Of a stretch of DNA of 64,000 nt, positions 35,322 to 47,305 are shown in pieces (the first letter of the stretch is position 1; each line of letters begins with the position of its first letter). Where the stretch lies: assembly GCF_963921235.1 (NCBI RefSeq), contig NC_086108.1, positions 101,124,001 through 101,188,000 on the forward strand, given 5' to 3'. The notes below the pieces were generated by a model. That model had not been told where the DNA came from, searched no databases, and worked only from the letters and a program-made list of their open reading frames with translations. This DNA is from Mobula hypostoma (Eukaryota). A program made the translations under genes and the position numbers.

Positions 35322-38159
35322 CTAAAGGACTTGGGAGTTTTTGCGCAGGATTCTCTAAAAGTTAAACTGCAGGTTGAGTTGATGGTGAGGAAGGCAAATG
35401 CAATGTTTCCATTCATCTTGAGAGAATTAGGATATAAAAGCAAGGATGTAATGCTGAGGTTTTATAAGGCACCAGTGAAGTCTCACTTGTAGTATTGTGA
35501 GCAGTTTTGGTCCCGTTATCTGAGAAGGGATATGCTGACATTGGAGGGGATTTAGAAGAGGTTGGCAAGAATGATTCCCAGAATGAAAGGGTTATCTTAT
35601 GAGGAGCATTTAATGGTTCTGGGCCTATACTTGAATTTAGAAGAATGAGGGTGTTTCTCATTGAAACCTGTCAAATGTAGAAAGGCTTGGAGAGAGTGGA
35701 TTTGGAGAGGATGTTTCTGGTACTTTGGGAGTCTAGGACTGGAGTGCACTGGCTCAGAATAGCGGGATCTCCATTTAGAATCGGGATGAGGATGCATTTT
35801 TTCAGCCAGCGGTTGGTGAATCTATGGAATTTGTTACCATAGGCAGCTGTGAATGCCAGCATTTATGGTGGAAGTTGATGGGCTCTTCATTAGCCAGGGT
35901 GTGAAAGGTTATTGGGGAAAGGCAGGAGAATGGGGTACAGCGGGAAAGTAGATCAGAAGTGATGAAATGGCAGAGAAGACTCGATGGGCCACATGACCTA
36001 ATTCTGCCCCTATTAGGTATTGGTTTTGTGAGAGAAGCCAGTGAGTGATAGAAGATTGTTGCCTCTCTGACTGGAAGCCTGTGGCTAGAGGTGTGCTGCG
36101 GGCATCAGTGTTGGGTCTGTCCATTATTGTATGTCATCTTTATAAGCGGTCTGGATGATGATGTGGTGGACTGGATCAGCAACTTTATGGGTGACCACCA
36201 AGGTTGGGGTGTAGCAGCCAGCAAGTAATTCTACCATGGCTTGCAGCAGGATCTGGACCAGCTGGAACAATTGGCTGAAAAAAGGCAGATGAAATACTTA
36301 TACTTTATACTTTATTGACGCCAAACAATTGATACTGGAATGTACAATGATCACAGCGATATTTGATTCTGTGCTCCCTGCTCCCTGGATTACAAATATT
36401 AAATATTAAAAATAGTAAAAATTAGTAAATATTAAAAATTTAAATTATAAATCATAAATAGCAAATAGAAAAATGGAAAGTAAGGTAGTGCAAAAAAAAC
36501 GAGAGGCAGGTCCGGATATTTGGAGGGTACGGCCCAGAACTGGGTCAGGATCCGTTCAGCAGTCAAATGTAATGCAGACAAGTGTGAGGTTTTGCACTTT
36601 GGAAGGACCAACCAGGTTAGGTCTTACATGGTGAATGGTAGGACACTGAGGAGTGTGGTAGAACAAAGGGATCTGGGAGTACAGGTCCATAATTCATTGA
36701 AAGTGATGTCACAGGTAGATAGGGTCTTTGAGAAAGATTTCGTCACATTATCCTTTATAAATCCAAGTATCAAGTACAGGAGATGGGATGTTATGTTAAA
36801 GTTGTATAAGACATTGGCAAGGCCTAATTTGGAGCTTCGTGTGCAGTTTTGGTCACCTACCTACAGGAAAGATGTAAACAAGGTTGAAAGAGAGCAGAGA
36901 ACATTTACAAGGATGTTGCCAGGTCTGAGGGACCTGAGTTATATGGAAAGATTGAATAGATTAGAATCATATTCCCGTAGGAGACTGAGAGAATATTTGA
37001 TAGAGGTACACAAATTGTGAGGGGTATAGATAGGGTAAATGAAAGCATAATTCCACTGAGCTTGGGTGGGACTACAACGAGTGGTCATAGGGTAAGGGTG
37101 AAAGGTGAGAAATTTGAGGAGAATATGAGGGGAACCTTCTTCACTCAAAGGGTCATGAGAGTGTAGATTAAGCTACCAGCACAAACGGTACATGTGAGCT
37201 CGATTTCAACATTTAAGAGAAGTTTGGATAGGCGCTTGGATGGTAGGGTTATGGAGGGCTATGATCCCGGTGCAGGTCGATGGGAGTAGGCAGTTTAAAT
37301 GGTTTCAGCATAAGCTGGATGGGCTGAAAGGCATTTTTTTCTGTGTTTTACTTTTCTATCACTCTATGACTCTATCTCTAATGGTCTTGTGGAACATGTT
37401 CCACTCCCTGCACATTCACACTGTAACTTGCATTGCCCCTGAACCCTGAATAGAACAGGGAGGGTGTAAGTGTTGTAGGGTGGAACTCTATTACCACTGT
37501 GTTATTTAAGTGCCACACATTTTGTGCATGCACATTTGTGATTCCTCTTTTCATTCCTGCCTTGCTGCATCCAGTATTGAGACTGCAGTCATACTGCATT
37601 AATGATCTTACTGGTAGTTGTGCTTCATTCAAGTGACTCATCTTCAGTCAGATGTGATACTGTTTCTCCAGGTTTATTTTCAAGCCAACTAAGAAGGTTT
37701 CAGATGCCAGGTCCTGGTTAGCGAACACTTCCGTGTCGAACATGGAACTCTTCAGCTCCTGGTGTGGTGAAGCATACACTGTATGATCTATTCCCATTGA
37801 CCCGCACCTGGGCCATAGCCCTCCATATCTCTCCCACCTATGTACTTATCCAAACTTTATGTTGTAAATGATGTGAAATGTGTTGTTTTGCGGTAGAAGT
37901 ACAATGCAAGGATATACAATTAGTCTAAATTACAAAACAAACACATAGTGCATTAAAAGTTCACGGTTGAATGAAAGACCACACCCAACAGGATGGAATA
38001 ACAAGCTCTGTTGTTAAATCCATAATAACAAAGAATAAGAGAAGAACAAGTTGTGCTCATCCTCCAAGAGGACCATAAGCTTGTTGGGCAATGGAGGCTT
38101 TCATGTCTCAATGATCTGGAGAGTTATGTCAGCTGCAGTTGTCAGTCTTGTCTATACTA

Positions 38160-38438
38160 AGAGAGTGGACGTATAGCCAGGTGATCAGACTATCAAAGTA
38201 GGGGTGTGGAATAGCATGGTTGGCACTCTTAATCTTGGTGTAACAGTGATCCAGTGTGTTGTTTCCTGTGGTACTACAAGTGATTTGTTAGTAATAATTA
38301 TTTTGAGACTTTTCCAAGTTGGACTGGTTAAAATGCCCAGAATGATAGAGAAGGCATCAGAATGTATTGTTTCATGCCTGTTGATCACATTGCACAGCTT
38401 GTCTAGAGCCTGTTGACATTGCCCTGGAGTGGATGTCC
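38160..38438 (-). mobile_element. Rex1/Babar-like LINE endonuclease fragment (host of the Gypsy; continues at ~58793-59180)
   Basis: QITC.T.GNNTLDHCYT motif here; LEHLAIKC.P..L..EIS.IIL.V on the far side of the Gypsy. Confidence 0.7.
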
Positions 38439-38443
38439 ACCAC

Positions 38444-38654
38444 TGTTGTGTATTTGCAGCCTATCTTAGTACTTAATCTGATAGTGCATATATCATGACA
38501 TGGTAGTTGATGCTTTGAATGTGTTTTTATTTCTCACTCTTGCTTCCATGCTCCCACACATCACATGTTGTACTGTTCCAGACTGATGACATCATCACTG
38601 TACTTGACAAGTGTCAAACTACATTAACTGACCTTACCATTTCAATACATGACA
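38444..38654 (-). repeat. Gypsy 3' LTR
   Basis: TGTCATGTATTGAAATGGTAAGG...ACACAACA on minus; similar to 58592-58787. Confidence 0.85.
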
Positions 38655-38667
38655 TCCCTCCTTTCCT
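38655..38667 (-). other. Polypurine tract
   Basis: AGGAAAGGAGGGA immediately before the TG of the 3' LTR. Confidence 0.85.
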
Positions 38668-39035
38668 GAGAAATGAAGTTCGATGTTTTAGAACACATTC
38701 AACTCACAGATTTAACGATTTCAATTCAACACATACAGTATTCTCTGATATGCATGACTATAACCAATATATTTTCTGTTTCAACTTAATGATAATTCAG
38801 GAACAGAAAACTTAATTTTCAACTTACAACAGTTTTCATTGTTTCAAAATCCACAACTTAAAGCTCTGCTTCAGTACAAAATTGTTAAACTTCAGAGGTT
38901 GTTTTCTAACCCTTTGTGGACTCCCTACTGGTTTCACTTTGCTTTCAACATCTGGTAATAGCCTTTTCTCACTGTGAAGCTGAGCTTGTCTGTAACTGTC
39001 CACCACATTGTCCTCCTGTCCTGGTATCTCACTGT

Positions 39036-39229
39036 GGGGTATATGGGGTGTCAGGGAGGGGTAGCACCTCTAGTGGGGTAACATGTCGCGTCCTTTTCAA
39101 GGCGGTTAGTCCACCTTTGGTCCCCAACTGGCACTCAGCTCTCACCTGTGGCTCCCCGTAGCTGTTTGCATGCGACAGCGGCCACACCCCGGGCAATGGC
39201 TTTGACAAGCCGGCTAAACCAGGTGAGGG
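39036..39229 (+). ncRNA. HDV-like self-cleaving ribozyme (predicted)
   Basis: P1 GGGGUAU/ACACCCC, P2 CUCUCACCUG/CAGGUGAGGG, P3 GGC/GCC, P1.1 CC/GG, P4 GGCUU/AAGCC, J4/2 GGCUAA, all in HDV order. Confidence 0.7.
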
Positions 39230-39599
39230 TAGCCGACGGGTCTCAAACCCTCAGTGAGATAGGGAGTTGTCTATCCCAGCATGTGAAGACAGACTCCGGC
39301 CGATTGAGCAGACGAGACCAATGGAAGGTCCAACGGTCAAGAAGGCGGTCTCTGCAAGCGTCGTGGAACGTGTAGAGCAGGACAAGACACAGAAGGCGTC
39401 CTGGTCATCCACTGCGCCTAGTCCCATTTCCAGCCGTCTCGACTCTGTCTTGCCACTGGACCCAGATGGGAATTGGGAAGAGAGAGTGAGGCTGACGCTG
39501 TGCAACTCTCCCTCACTTAAATCCAAGTCACGCGCTAGTCTCGACACCATCAATAATGGTGTCGAGGTCCTCATCGACGTATGATGGATGAACAACAAC
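39036..39599 (+). mobile_element. Non-autonomous retroposon (SINE/SIDE-like) with 5' ribozyme, 3' hairpin and (AAC)n tail
   Basis: 10-bp TSD ATCTCACTGT (39026-39035, 39600-39609); 11-bp stem at 39540-39566; AACAACAAC tail; no RT. Confidence 0.85.
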
Positions 39600-39687
39600 A
39601 TCTCACTGTCAAATCTTTGAATTTCCTTCTGTTTGTCAAGTCTCTCTTGTGTTGAATATCTTTTACATGTGTGGTGCTCCTTCAATA

Positions 39688-40684
39688 TGTCATGGTCCGG
39701 TCCGTGAAGTCTGCATTCTGGTTCTCGGTCCGGTCCATGGACTCCGGACTCCGGGTCTTCCGGCTGTCCCTTGTTTCAGTTGGGCTTAATCATAGGCACC
39801 TGATGCTTGTCTTGGGACTGGGAATATAAGTGGCCCTGGGATTGAGTGTGATTGCTGGTTTGTCTTGTCACTATCCCCTTGAAGCAAGCTACTGGTTGAA
39901 GGCTAGAGCAGCCATTTGTTGGAGGCCTGGTTGGAGGACCACCACTTCATGGAGCCTGGTTGTCTCTAGTCAGAGCAGTCATCGTGGTATGGATTCGGCT
40001 GTTACTGGGGCCAGCCGAGTGGCTGTCTGCCACTCCGAGCTGGATATGGATTTGGCTGTTTCTGTAGCCAGCCGAAGTTGCTAACTGCCCCGAGACTCGG
40101 AGCCATCCCTGGATTGAGCTTCCTTCCTGTCCTTGCCTCTGCTGGGTAGGCCAGGCTACTCTTCTGTTACCCTGTGGTTGAATCTGTCCCTTCCTGTCCT
40201 CGCCTCCGTTGGGTAAGTCAGGCTGTCTTTGCCGTTACCCTGAGGCTGGTCTGTTCCCTTCCCCTCTCCATCTGAATCCCCGACAGTTTCCTCAGGGGTT
40301 TACCCCGGCAGTCATCCTGGTCCTGTATCCTAGTAAGCATCCCGGCCTGGCATCCAAGGAAGTGGAAAGCATCCTGGCTCTGCGTCCTAGACAGGGTCCC
40401 TGCCCTGTGTTCCAAGAAGGAGTATCTTGCCTGGTGCTGTAGACAAGCCTCAGGTTCTGGGTCCTTGTTCAGTCCCTGGCTCGGAGTCCAAACCCAGTCT
40501 CCTAGTTCCCAGTTCCTTGTCCTGGTCCTGCTTTCCCAGCTAAAGTTCTAACCCAAGTCTGTGTTCCTGACCCAGCTCCTAGTCTGTGTCCAGTCCTCTC
40601 CCTGACTCTAGCCAAGTCCAGTTCCCAGTACTTCAGTGTCTGTGTCTTGCATTTGGGTCGGCCTTCAACATCCATCATACGACA
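39688..40684 (+). mobile_element. Solo LTR (997 bp)
   Basis: TGTCAT...ACGACA ends; 5-bp TSD CAATA (39683-39687, 40685-40689); splits Gypsy integrase-tail codons. Strand tentative. Confidence 0.88.
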
Positions 40685-42469
40685 CAATACTGCACTCCAG
40701 TTGGAGATTCGACTACCATTTGATTTCCTGTTTTCCTCACCATCCTGTGTGGTGTTGTGTTGAAAAATGTAGTGAATTTGCCAACATTTTCTTGCAGGAT
40801 AAGCACAGTGTCCCCAACATTTGCAGTAGATTCTTGTTCTCTGATCATCTGCATACAGTTTATACTTTCCTCTTTGTTCTGCATCCAGATCTCATACTTC
40901 CAGTTCTGCTGTGTGTCCCTCTTTGATGTCTGGTAATTTCCAGCTCACTTTGCAGTTGTAGAGAAGTTAGAACATAGAACATAGAAATTTACAGCACATT
41001 ACAGGCTCTTTGGCCTACAAAGGGGATGGTGAACATGTAACCTACTCTAGAAACTGTGTAGAATTTTCCTACCACATAGCCGTACCTATCTAAGAGTCTC
41101 TTAAAAGACAGTATTGTATCTGCCTCTACCACAATTGCTGGCAGTGCATTCCATGCACCCACCACTCTCTGTGTGGAAAAACTTACCTCTGGCATCCCCC
41201 TTGTACCTACTTCCAAGCACCTTAAAACTATGCCCCCTCGTGTTAGCCATTTCAGCTGTGGGGAAAAAGCCTCTGGCTGTCAAGACAATCAATGCCTCTC
41301 ATCATCTTACACACTTTTATCAGGTCACTTCTCATCCTCCATTGTTCCAAGGAGAAAAGGCCAAGTTCACTCAATCTGTTCAAATAAATTATGCTCTCCT
41401 ATCCAGGCAACATGCTCGTAAATCTCTTCTGCACTCTCTCTATAGTAGCCATATCCTTCCTGTAGTGAAGTGACCAGAACTGAACACAGTATTCCAAGTG
41501 GGATGTAACTAAGGTCTTTTATAGCTGTAACATTACCTCACAGCTCCTGAATTCAATCCCATGGTTAATGAATGCCGACACACCATATGCCTTCTTAACA
41601 ACACTGTCAACCAATGCAGCAGCTTTGAGTGTCCTAAGGAAATGGAACCCAAGATCTCGCTGATATTCCAAATTGCCAAGAGTCTTACTATTAATATTAT
41701 ATACTGTCTTCAAATTTGACCTACTGAAATAAACCACTTCACGCTTATCTGGTTTGAACTCCATCTGCCACTTCTCAGCCCAGTTCTGCATCCTATTGAT
41801 GTCCCACTGTAACCTCTGACAACCCTTCAGACTATTCACAACACTCCCAACTTTTGTGTCATCAGCAAACTTACTAACTCACCCTTCTACTTTCCCATCC
41901 AGGTCATTTATAAAAATCACAAAGAGGAGAGGTTCCAAAACAGATGCCTGCAGAACACATTGGTCACCGCCCTCCATGCAGAAAATGCACCATCTACAAC
42001 CACCCTTTGCCTTCTGTGGGTAAGCAAATTCTGGATCCACAAAGAAAGGTCGCCTTGGATTACATGCCTCAATACTTTCTGAATGAGCCTTGCATGGGGA
42101 TCTTACTGAAATCCATATATGGTACACTACATCCATTGCTCTACCTTCATCACTGTTTTGTTACATCCTCTAAGAATACAATCAGATTTGTAAGGAATGA
42201 CCTGCCCATGACAAGGCCATGCTGACTATCCCTAATCAGATTATGTCTCTCCAAATGCTTATAAATCCTGCCTCTCAGGATCTTCTCCAACAACTTGTCC
42301 ACCACTGAAACAAGATTCACAGGTCTATAGTTTCCTGCGTTATCTCTACTCCCTTTCTTCAGTAGGTTCAATAGGTACATTTAATGGCAGAGAAATATAT
42401 ACAATACACGTTTGTACATCCTGAAATTTTTTTTCTTCACAAACATCCATGAAAACAGTAGCCCAAAGA

Positions 42470-45400
42470 ATCACAAGATCACAAGACAAAGGAGTAGAAG
42501 TAGACCATTTGGCCCATCGAGTCTGCTGCGCCACTCCATAATGAGCTAAACTATTCTCACACCTAGTTCCAATTTCTGTTTTTTTCCCCATAACCCTTGA
42601 TACCCTGACTAATTAGATACCTATCAATCTCCTCCTTAAACACCCTCAGTGATCGAGCCTCCACAGCTGTATGTGGCAATGAATTCCATAAATCCACGAC
42701 CCTCTGGCTAAAAAAATTTCTCCTCATCGTTGTTTTAAATGGGTACCCTCTAATTCTAAGACTGTGGCCTCTTGTCCTGGACTCACCCACCAAGGGAAAC
42801 AGCCTTTCCACACCTACTCTGTCCAACCCTTTCAACATTCGAAATGTTTCTATGAGATCCCCTCTCATCCTTCTATACTCTAATGAATACAGTCCAAGAG
42901 CCAACAAACGCTCCTCCTATGTTAGCCCCTGCATTCCAGGAATCATCCTCGTAAATCTTCTCTGAGCTCTCTCCAACATCAGTACATCCCTTCTAAGATA
43001 GGGGGCCCAAAACTGCACACAGTATTCCAAATGAGGTCTCACCAGTGCCCCATAGAGCCTCATCAACACTTCCTTACTCTTGTAAACTACTCTTTTTGAA
43101 ATGAATGCCAACATAGCATTCGCTTTCCTTACTGCCGATCTAACCTGGTGGATAACCTTTAGGGTATCCTGCACAAGGACCTCCAAGTCACTTTGCACTT
43201 CCGATTTTTGAATCTTCTCCCCATCTAAATAATCTGCCCGATTATTTCTTCCAAAATGTACAAGCGTACATTTCTCAACATTGTATCTCATCTGCCATTT
43301 CTTTGCCCACTCTCCTAAACTGACCAAGTCTCTCTGCAACCTTTCCGTTTCTTCAATACTTCCTGCTCCTCCACCTATCTTGGTGTCATCTGCAAACTTA
43401 GCCACAAAACTATTTAATCCATAATCTAAATCATCAATATACATTGTAAAAAGAAGCAGCCCCAACACCAACCCCTGCGGAACACCACTAGTAACCGGCA
43501 ACCAATCAGAATAGGATCCCTTTATTCCCACCCTTTGCTTTCTGCCTATCAACCAATGCTCCACTTATTCCAATATCTTTCCTGTAATTCCACGGGCTCT
43601 CATCTTATTAAGCAGCCTCTTATGCGGCACCTTATTGAAGGCCTTTTGAAAATCCAAATACTGTACACACATCCGCAGCCTCTCCCTTATCAATCTTATT
43701 TGAGATTACCTCAAAAAATTCCAATAGGTTAGTGAGGCAGGATCTTCCCTTCATGAAACCATGCTGGCTTGGGCCTATCTTGTCATGCACCTCAAGGTAT
43801 TTCATAACCTTGTCTTTGAGGATCTACTCCAATAACTTTCCAACTACCAATGTCAGACTAATAAGTCTGTAATTTTCTTTTTGCTGCCTCCCTCCTTTCT
43901 TAAATAGCAGAACTACATTTGTGAACTTCCAGTCCTCTGGAACCATGCCAGAGTCTATTGATTCCTGGAAGATCATTTCCAATGCCTCCACAATCTCTAA
44001 AGCCACCTCCTTCAGAACCCGTGGGTGCACCTCATCCAGTCCGGGAGACTTAATTATTCTTAGTACATTCAGCTTCCCAAGCACTTTCTCCCCAGTAATC
44101 TTGACTGCACCTAATTCTATTCCCTGAGACCTCTGGCTATCAGGTATGTTGCTAATGTCTTCCACTGTGAAGACTGATGCAAAATACTCATTTGGTTCCT
44201 CTGCCATCTCTTTGTTACCCATTATAATTTCTCCAGCATCATTTTCAATCGGTCTCATATCTACCTGTGTCACTTTTTACTCTTCATATATTTAAAAGAA
44301 CTCCTAGTATCCTTTTTTATGTTAATTGCCAACTTCCTTTCATAATTCATCTTTTCTTTCCTAATGACTTTCTTAGTTTCCTTCTGTTGTTACGTAAACG
44401 GCAACAATGAATATCAATCGAGACAGGTTATATAAAAACAACCAAACATTTATTAAACACGGATAAACGATAAAGAAAAAACAAACGAAAATTTAACCGG
44501 AAGTTAACCATTATGCAGCTGTTCAACAAGTTGTCACTTGGCACTGGTTCTTAAAGCATTAAATGCAAAAACAATTCTTACAGTGATAAAGTCAGATATA
44601 GTTTTTAAAATGGTAAATTTGAAAGTCCAACAGACTTATACAGATTCTCTGGAGAAGGATTTCTTCATAGACGCGACTTTCCTGCTGTTTCTGTCCACAG
44701 GATTCACGATGCAGTAAATAAACATTTTAAAACAACTGACAAATTCTTTTGGAGAGAGAGCAAACCTTTGCATGAACTCTTTGCTCTCTTGGAAAGAGTT
44801 ATCTTCAATGCAGATCACTACTCCTTCAACAAAGACTCAATAAGGTCGATCCTTTGTTAAACTGCCGAACGATGCCGACTCCTCTCGCCTTCGAATCCTG
44901 TACTTCGATAAAGTTTTCACTATCCCTTCTACTGCTGGAATAGGGTAAATCAGCACATCTAGCCAAAAATTTCCAGTCCAATAATATTGTATCTTGCAAC
45001 AGAATGCAACACTCCGTTTGAAAAATGAAACTGCGTCATAAAAACAAATACGTAACAGAAACGGAGACACAGCATGTTCTACCTGGAAATCTACAAACTA
45101 AAAACTAACTGCGTCATCTGGGGTCTACCCTTATATACCCGTGGTGCACATGTCATCACGTGACCTCACATCGGCGGGAAAATTACATCAGGTGACCTCC
45201 AAAAGACCATTACATCATTCTCACAAAAAAAACCACAGATCTCCTTGAGCATGTAACACTAAGTTTTTAAAAGTCGTCCAATCCTCAGTTTTCCCACTAA
45301 TTTTTGCTTCTTTGTACACCGTCTCTTTTGATTTTATTTTAGCCTTAACCTCTCTCATTGGCCACATTTGTGCCATTTTTCCATTTATGATTTTCTTTTT

Positions 45401-46184
45401 TCTTGGAATATATTTTTTTCCTGCCCTTTCCTTATTTCTTGTAGGAATTTCATCCAATTCTGCTCTACTGTCCCTCCATCTAGCTTACTTCTCCAATCTA
45501 CTTGGGCCAGCTCCTCTCTCATACCACTGTAATTTCCTTTGTTCCACTGAAATATCGATACACCTGATACCAGCTTCTCCTTTTCAAATTTGTAACTGAA
45601 CTCAATCATATTATGTTCACTACTTCCAAGAGTTCCATTACCTCCAGCTTCCTAATCGCCTTAGGTTCATTACACAGCACCCAGTCCAAAACAGCCGATC
45701 CCCTCATGGGCTTATGGACAAGCTGCTCCAAAAAGCCATCCTGTAGGCATTCTACAAACTCCCTAAATCCCCCATAATTATCTTGACATTTTCCTTCTGA
45801 CATACTTTTTCTATTTCCAGCTGTAACCTGCAGCCCACATCCCGGCTGCTGTTTGAGGCATGTATATAACTGCTATTAGTGTCTTTTTACCCTTGCCATT
45901 TCTTAACTCGACCCATAAGGATTCTACCTCTTCTGATCCTGTGTCCCTTCTTTCTAGTGATTTGATATCGTTGCTTACCATCAGGGCCACACCACCCCCT
46001 TTCCCTACCTTCCTATCTTTCCTATACACTGTGTATCCTTGGACATTCAGCTCCCAATCACATCCATCATTTAGCCATGACTCGGTGATGGCCACAATGT
46101 CATATCTTTTAACCTGTAGCTGTACAATAAGGTCATCCGCTTTATTTCTAATGCTGTGTGCATTTGAGTACAGTACATTTAAGT
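42470..46184 (-). mobile_element. CR1 copy with near-complete ORF2, split by a solo LTR
   Basis: AITESWL...YRKDR EN; KFADDTKIGG RT; CACAAGATCACAAGA tail; sits inside a shorter element (42361-42469, 46185-46620) with AAGAAT at both junctions. Confidence 0.9.
44388..45258 (-). mobile_element. Solo LTR
   Basis: TGTTAC...GTAACA inverted termini; TATATAA and AATAAA on minus; CR1 sequence resumes after it; TSD imperfect. Confidence 0.75.
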
Positions 46185-47305
46185 AAGAATGAATGACAGT
46201 TAAATGCTATAACCCCAAAGCTCCCCCCCCAGCTCCCCCTCCTATGCACGAGCAGCAGCAAGGCAACAATACCCCGCCCCCACCAACCAGCAAAAAAGCA
46301 TCAGCCTCCTCCACCAAGCACTTAAGCGTGCAGCAAAGCATCCATAAAGACACAGACTTCCAGTACCCCAAAGACTGCTCATTCACCTAATAATTTGACA
46401 TACCGCAGGCTCTCTCTCTCCCTAATAAAGGAAAAAGAGGTGTCCCCATTTCACATCGAGAGGGGAGACATAACAAACAAGTCGCTGATTTATGATGTTA
46501 AAAGTCTGTTGCATCGCTTTTTCTGAATTCTGCACGCAGAGAGCTCAGGTCTCTGGACACACAGCCAGTAGCCAAACCACTGCTCCCGATGTTCCGTGTT
46601 CTCCCACGTCGTCTCAAGTCAGGGAACAAAGGAACAACATTTGCAACCTTCCTATCCTCTGGTACTTCTCCCGTCCCTTTTGATGATGCAAAGATCATCA
46701 CCAGAGGTTCAGCATTCTCCTCCCTCACTTCCCACAGTAGCCTGGGGTATATCTCATCTGGTCCCAGCAACTTACCTAACTTAATACCCTTCAAAAGCTC
46801 CAGCACATCCTCTTTCTTAATGTCTAAACACTCAAGCGTTTCAGTCCACTGTAAGTCATCTCCACAATTGCTGAGATCCTATTCACTGACAAATACTGAG
46901 CAAAGTATTCATTAAATAACTCCGCTACATCCTCCGACTCCATGCATGCATTTCCACTCTCGCTCCTGATTGGTCCCATTCTCACACAGCTCATCCTCTT
47001 GCTCTTCACATACTTGTAGAATGCCTTGGGGTTTTCTTTAATCCCTGTTCACCAAGGCCTTGTCATGGCCCCTTCTAGCTCTCCTAATTTCATTTTTAAG
47101 CTCCTTCCTGGCACTCTTGTAATTTTCTAGAGCTCTAACAGTACCTATTTCCTTGAACCTTTCGTAAGCGTTTCTTTTCTTCTTAACTAGATTTTCTACA
47201 TCCTTTGTACACCATGGTTCCTTTACCCTACCATCCTTTCCTTGTCTCAATGAAACATACCTATGCAGAACACCATGCAAATGTTCCCTGAATGTTTCCC
47301 ACACT

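Larger units (their letters stand above)
30180..37375 (+). mobile_element. Series of degenerate plus-strand CR1 fragments with nested insertions
   Basis: Repeated CR1 EN/RT motifs (PQG.VLG, YLDFQKAFDKV, LYK.L.RP.LE..VQFWSP) and TCTATG-type tails near 31395 and 37365. Confidence 0.8.

Noticed and set aside
39267..39584. 105-aa ORF inside the ribozyme-headed element
   Set aside because: No recognisable domain; cannot be supported as coding without conservation across copies.
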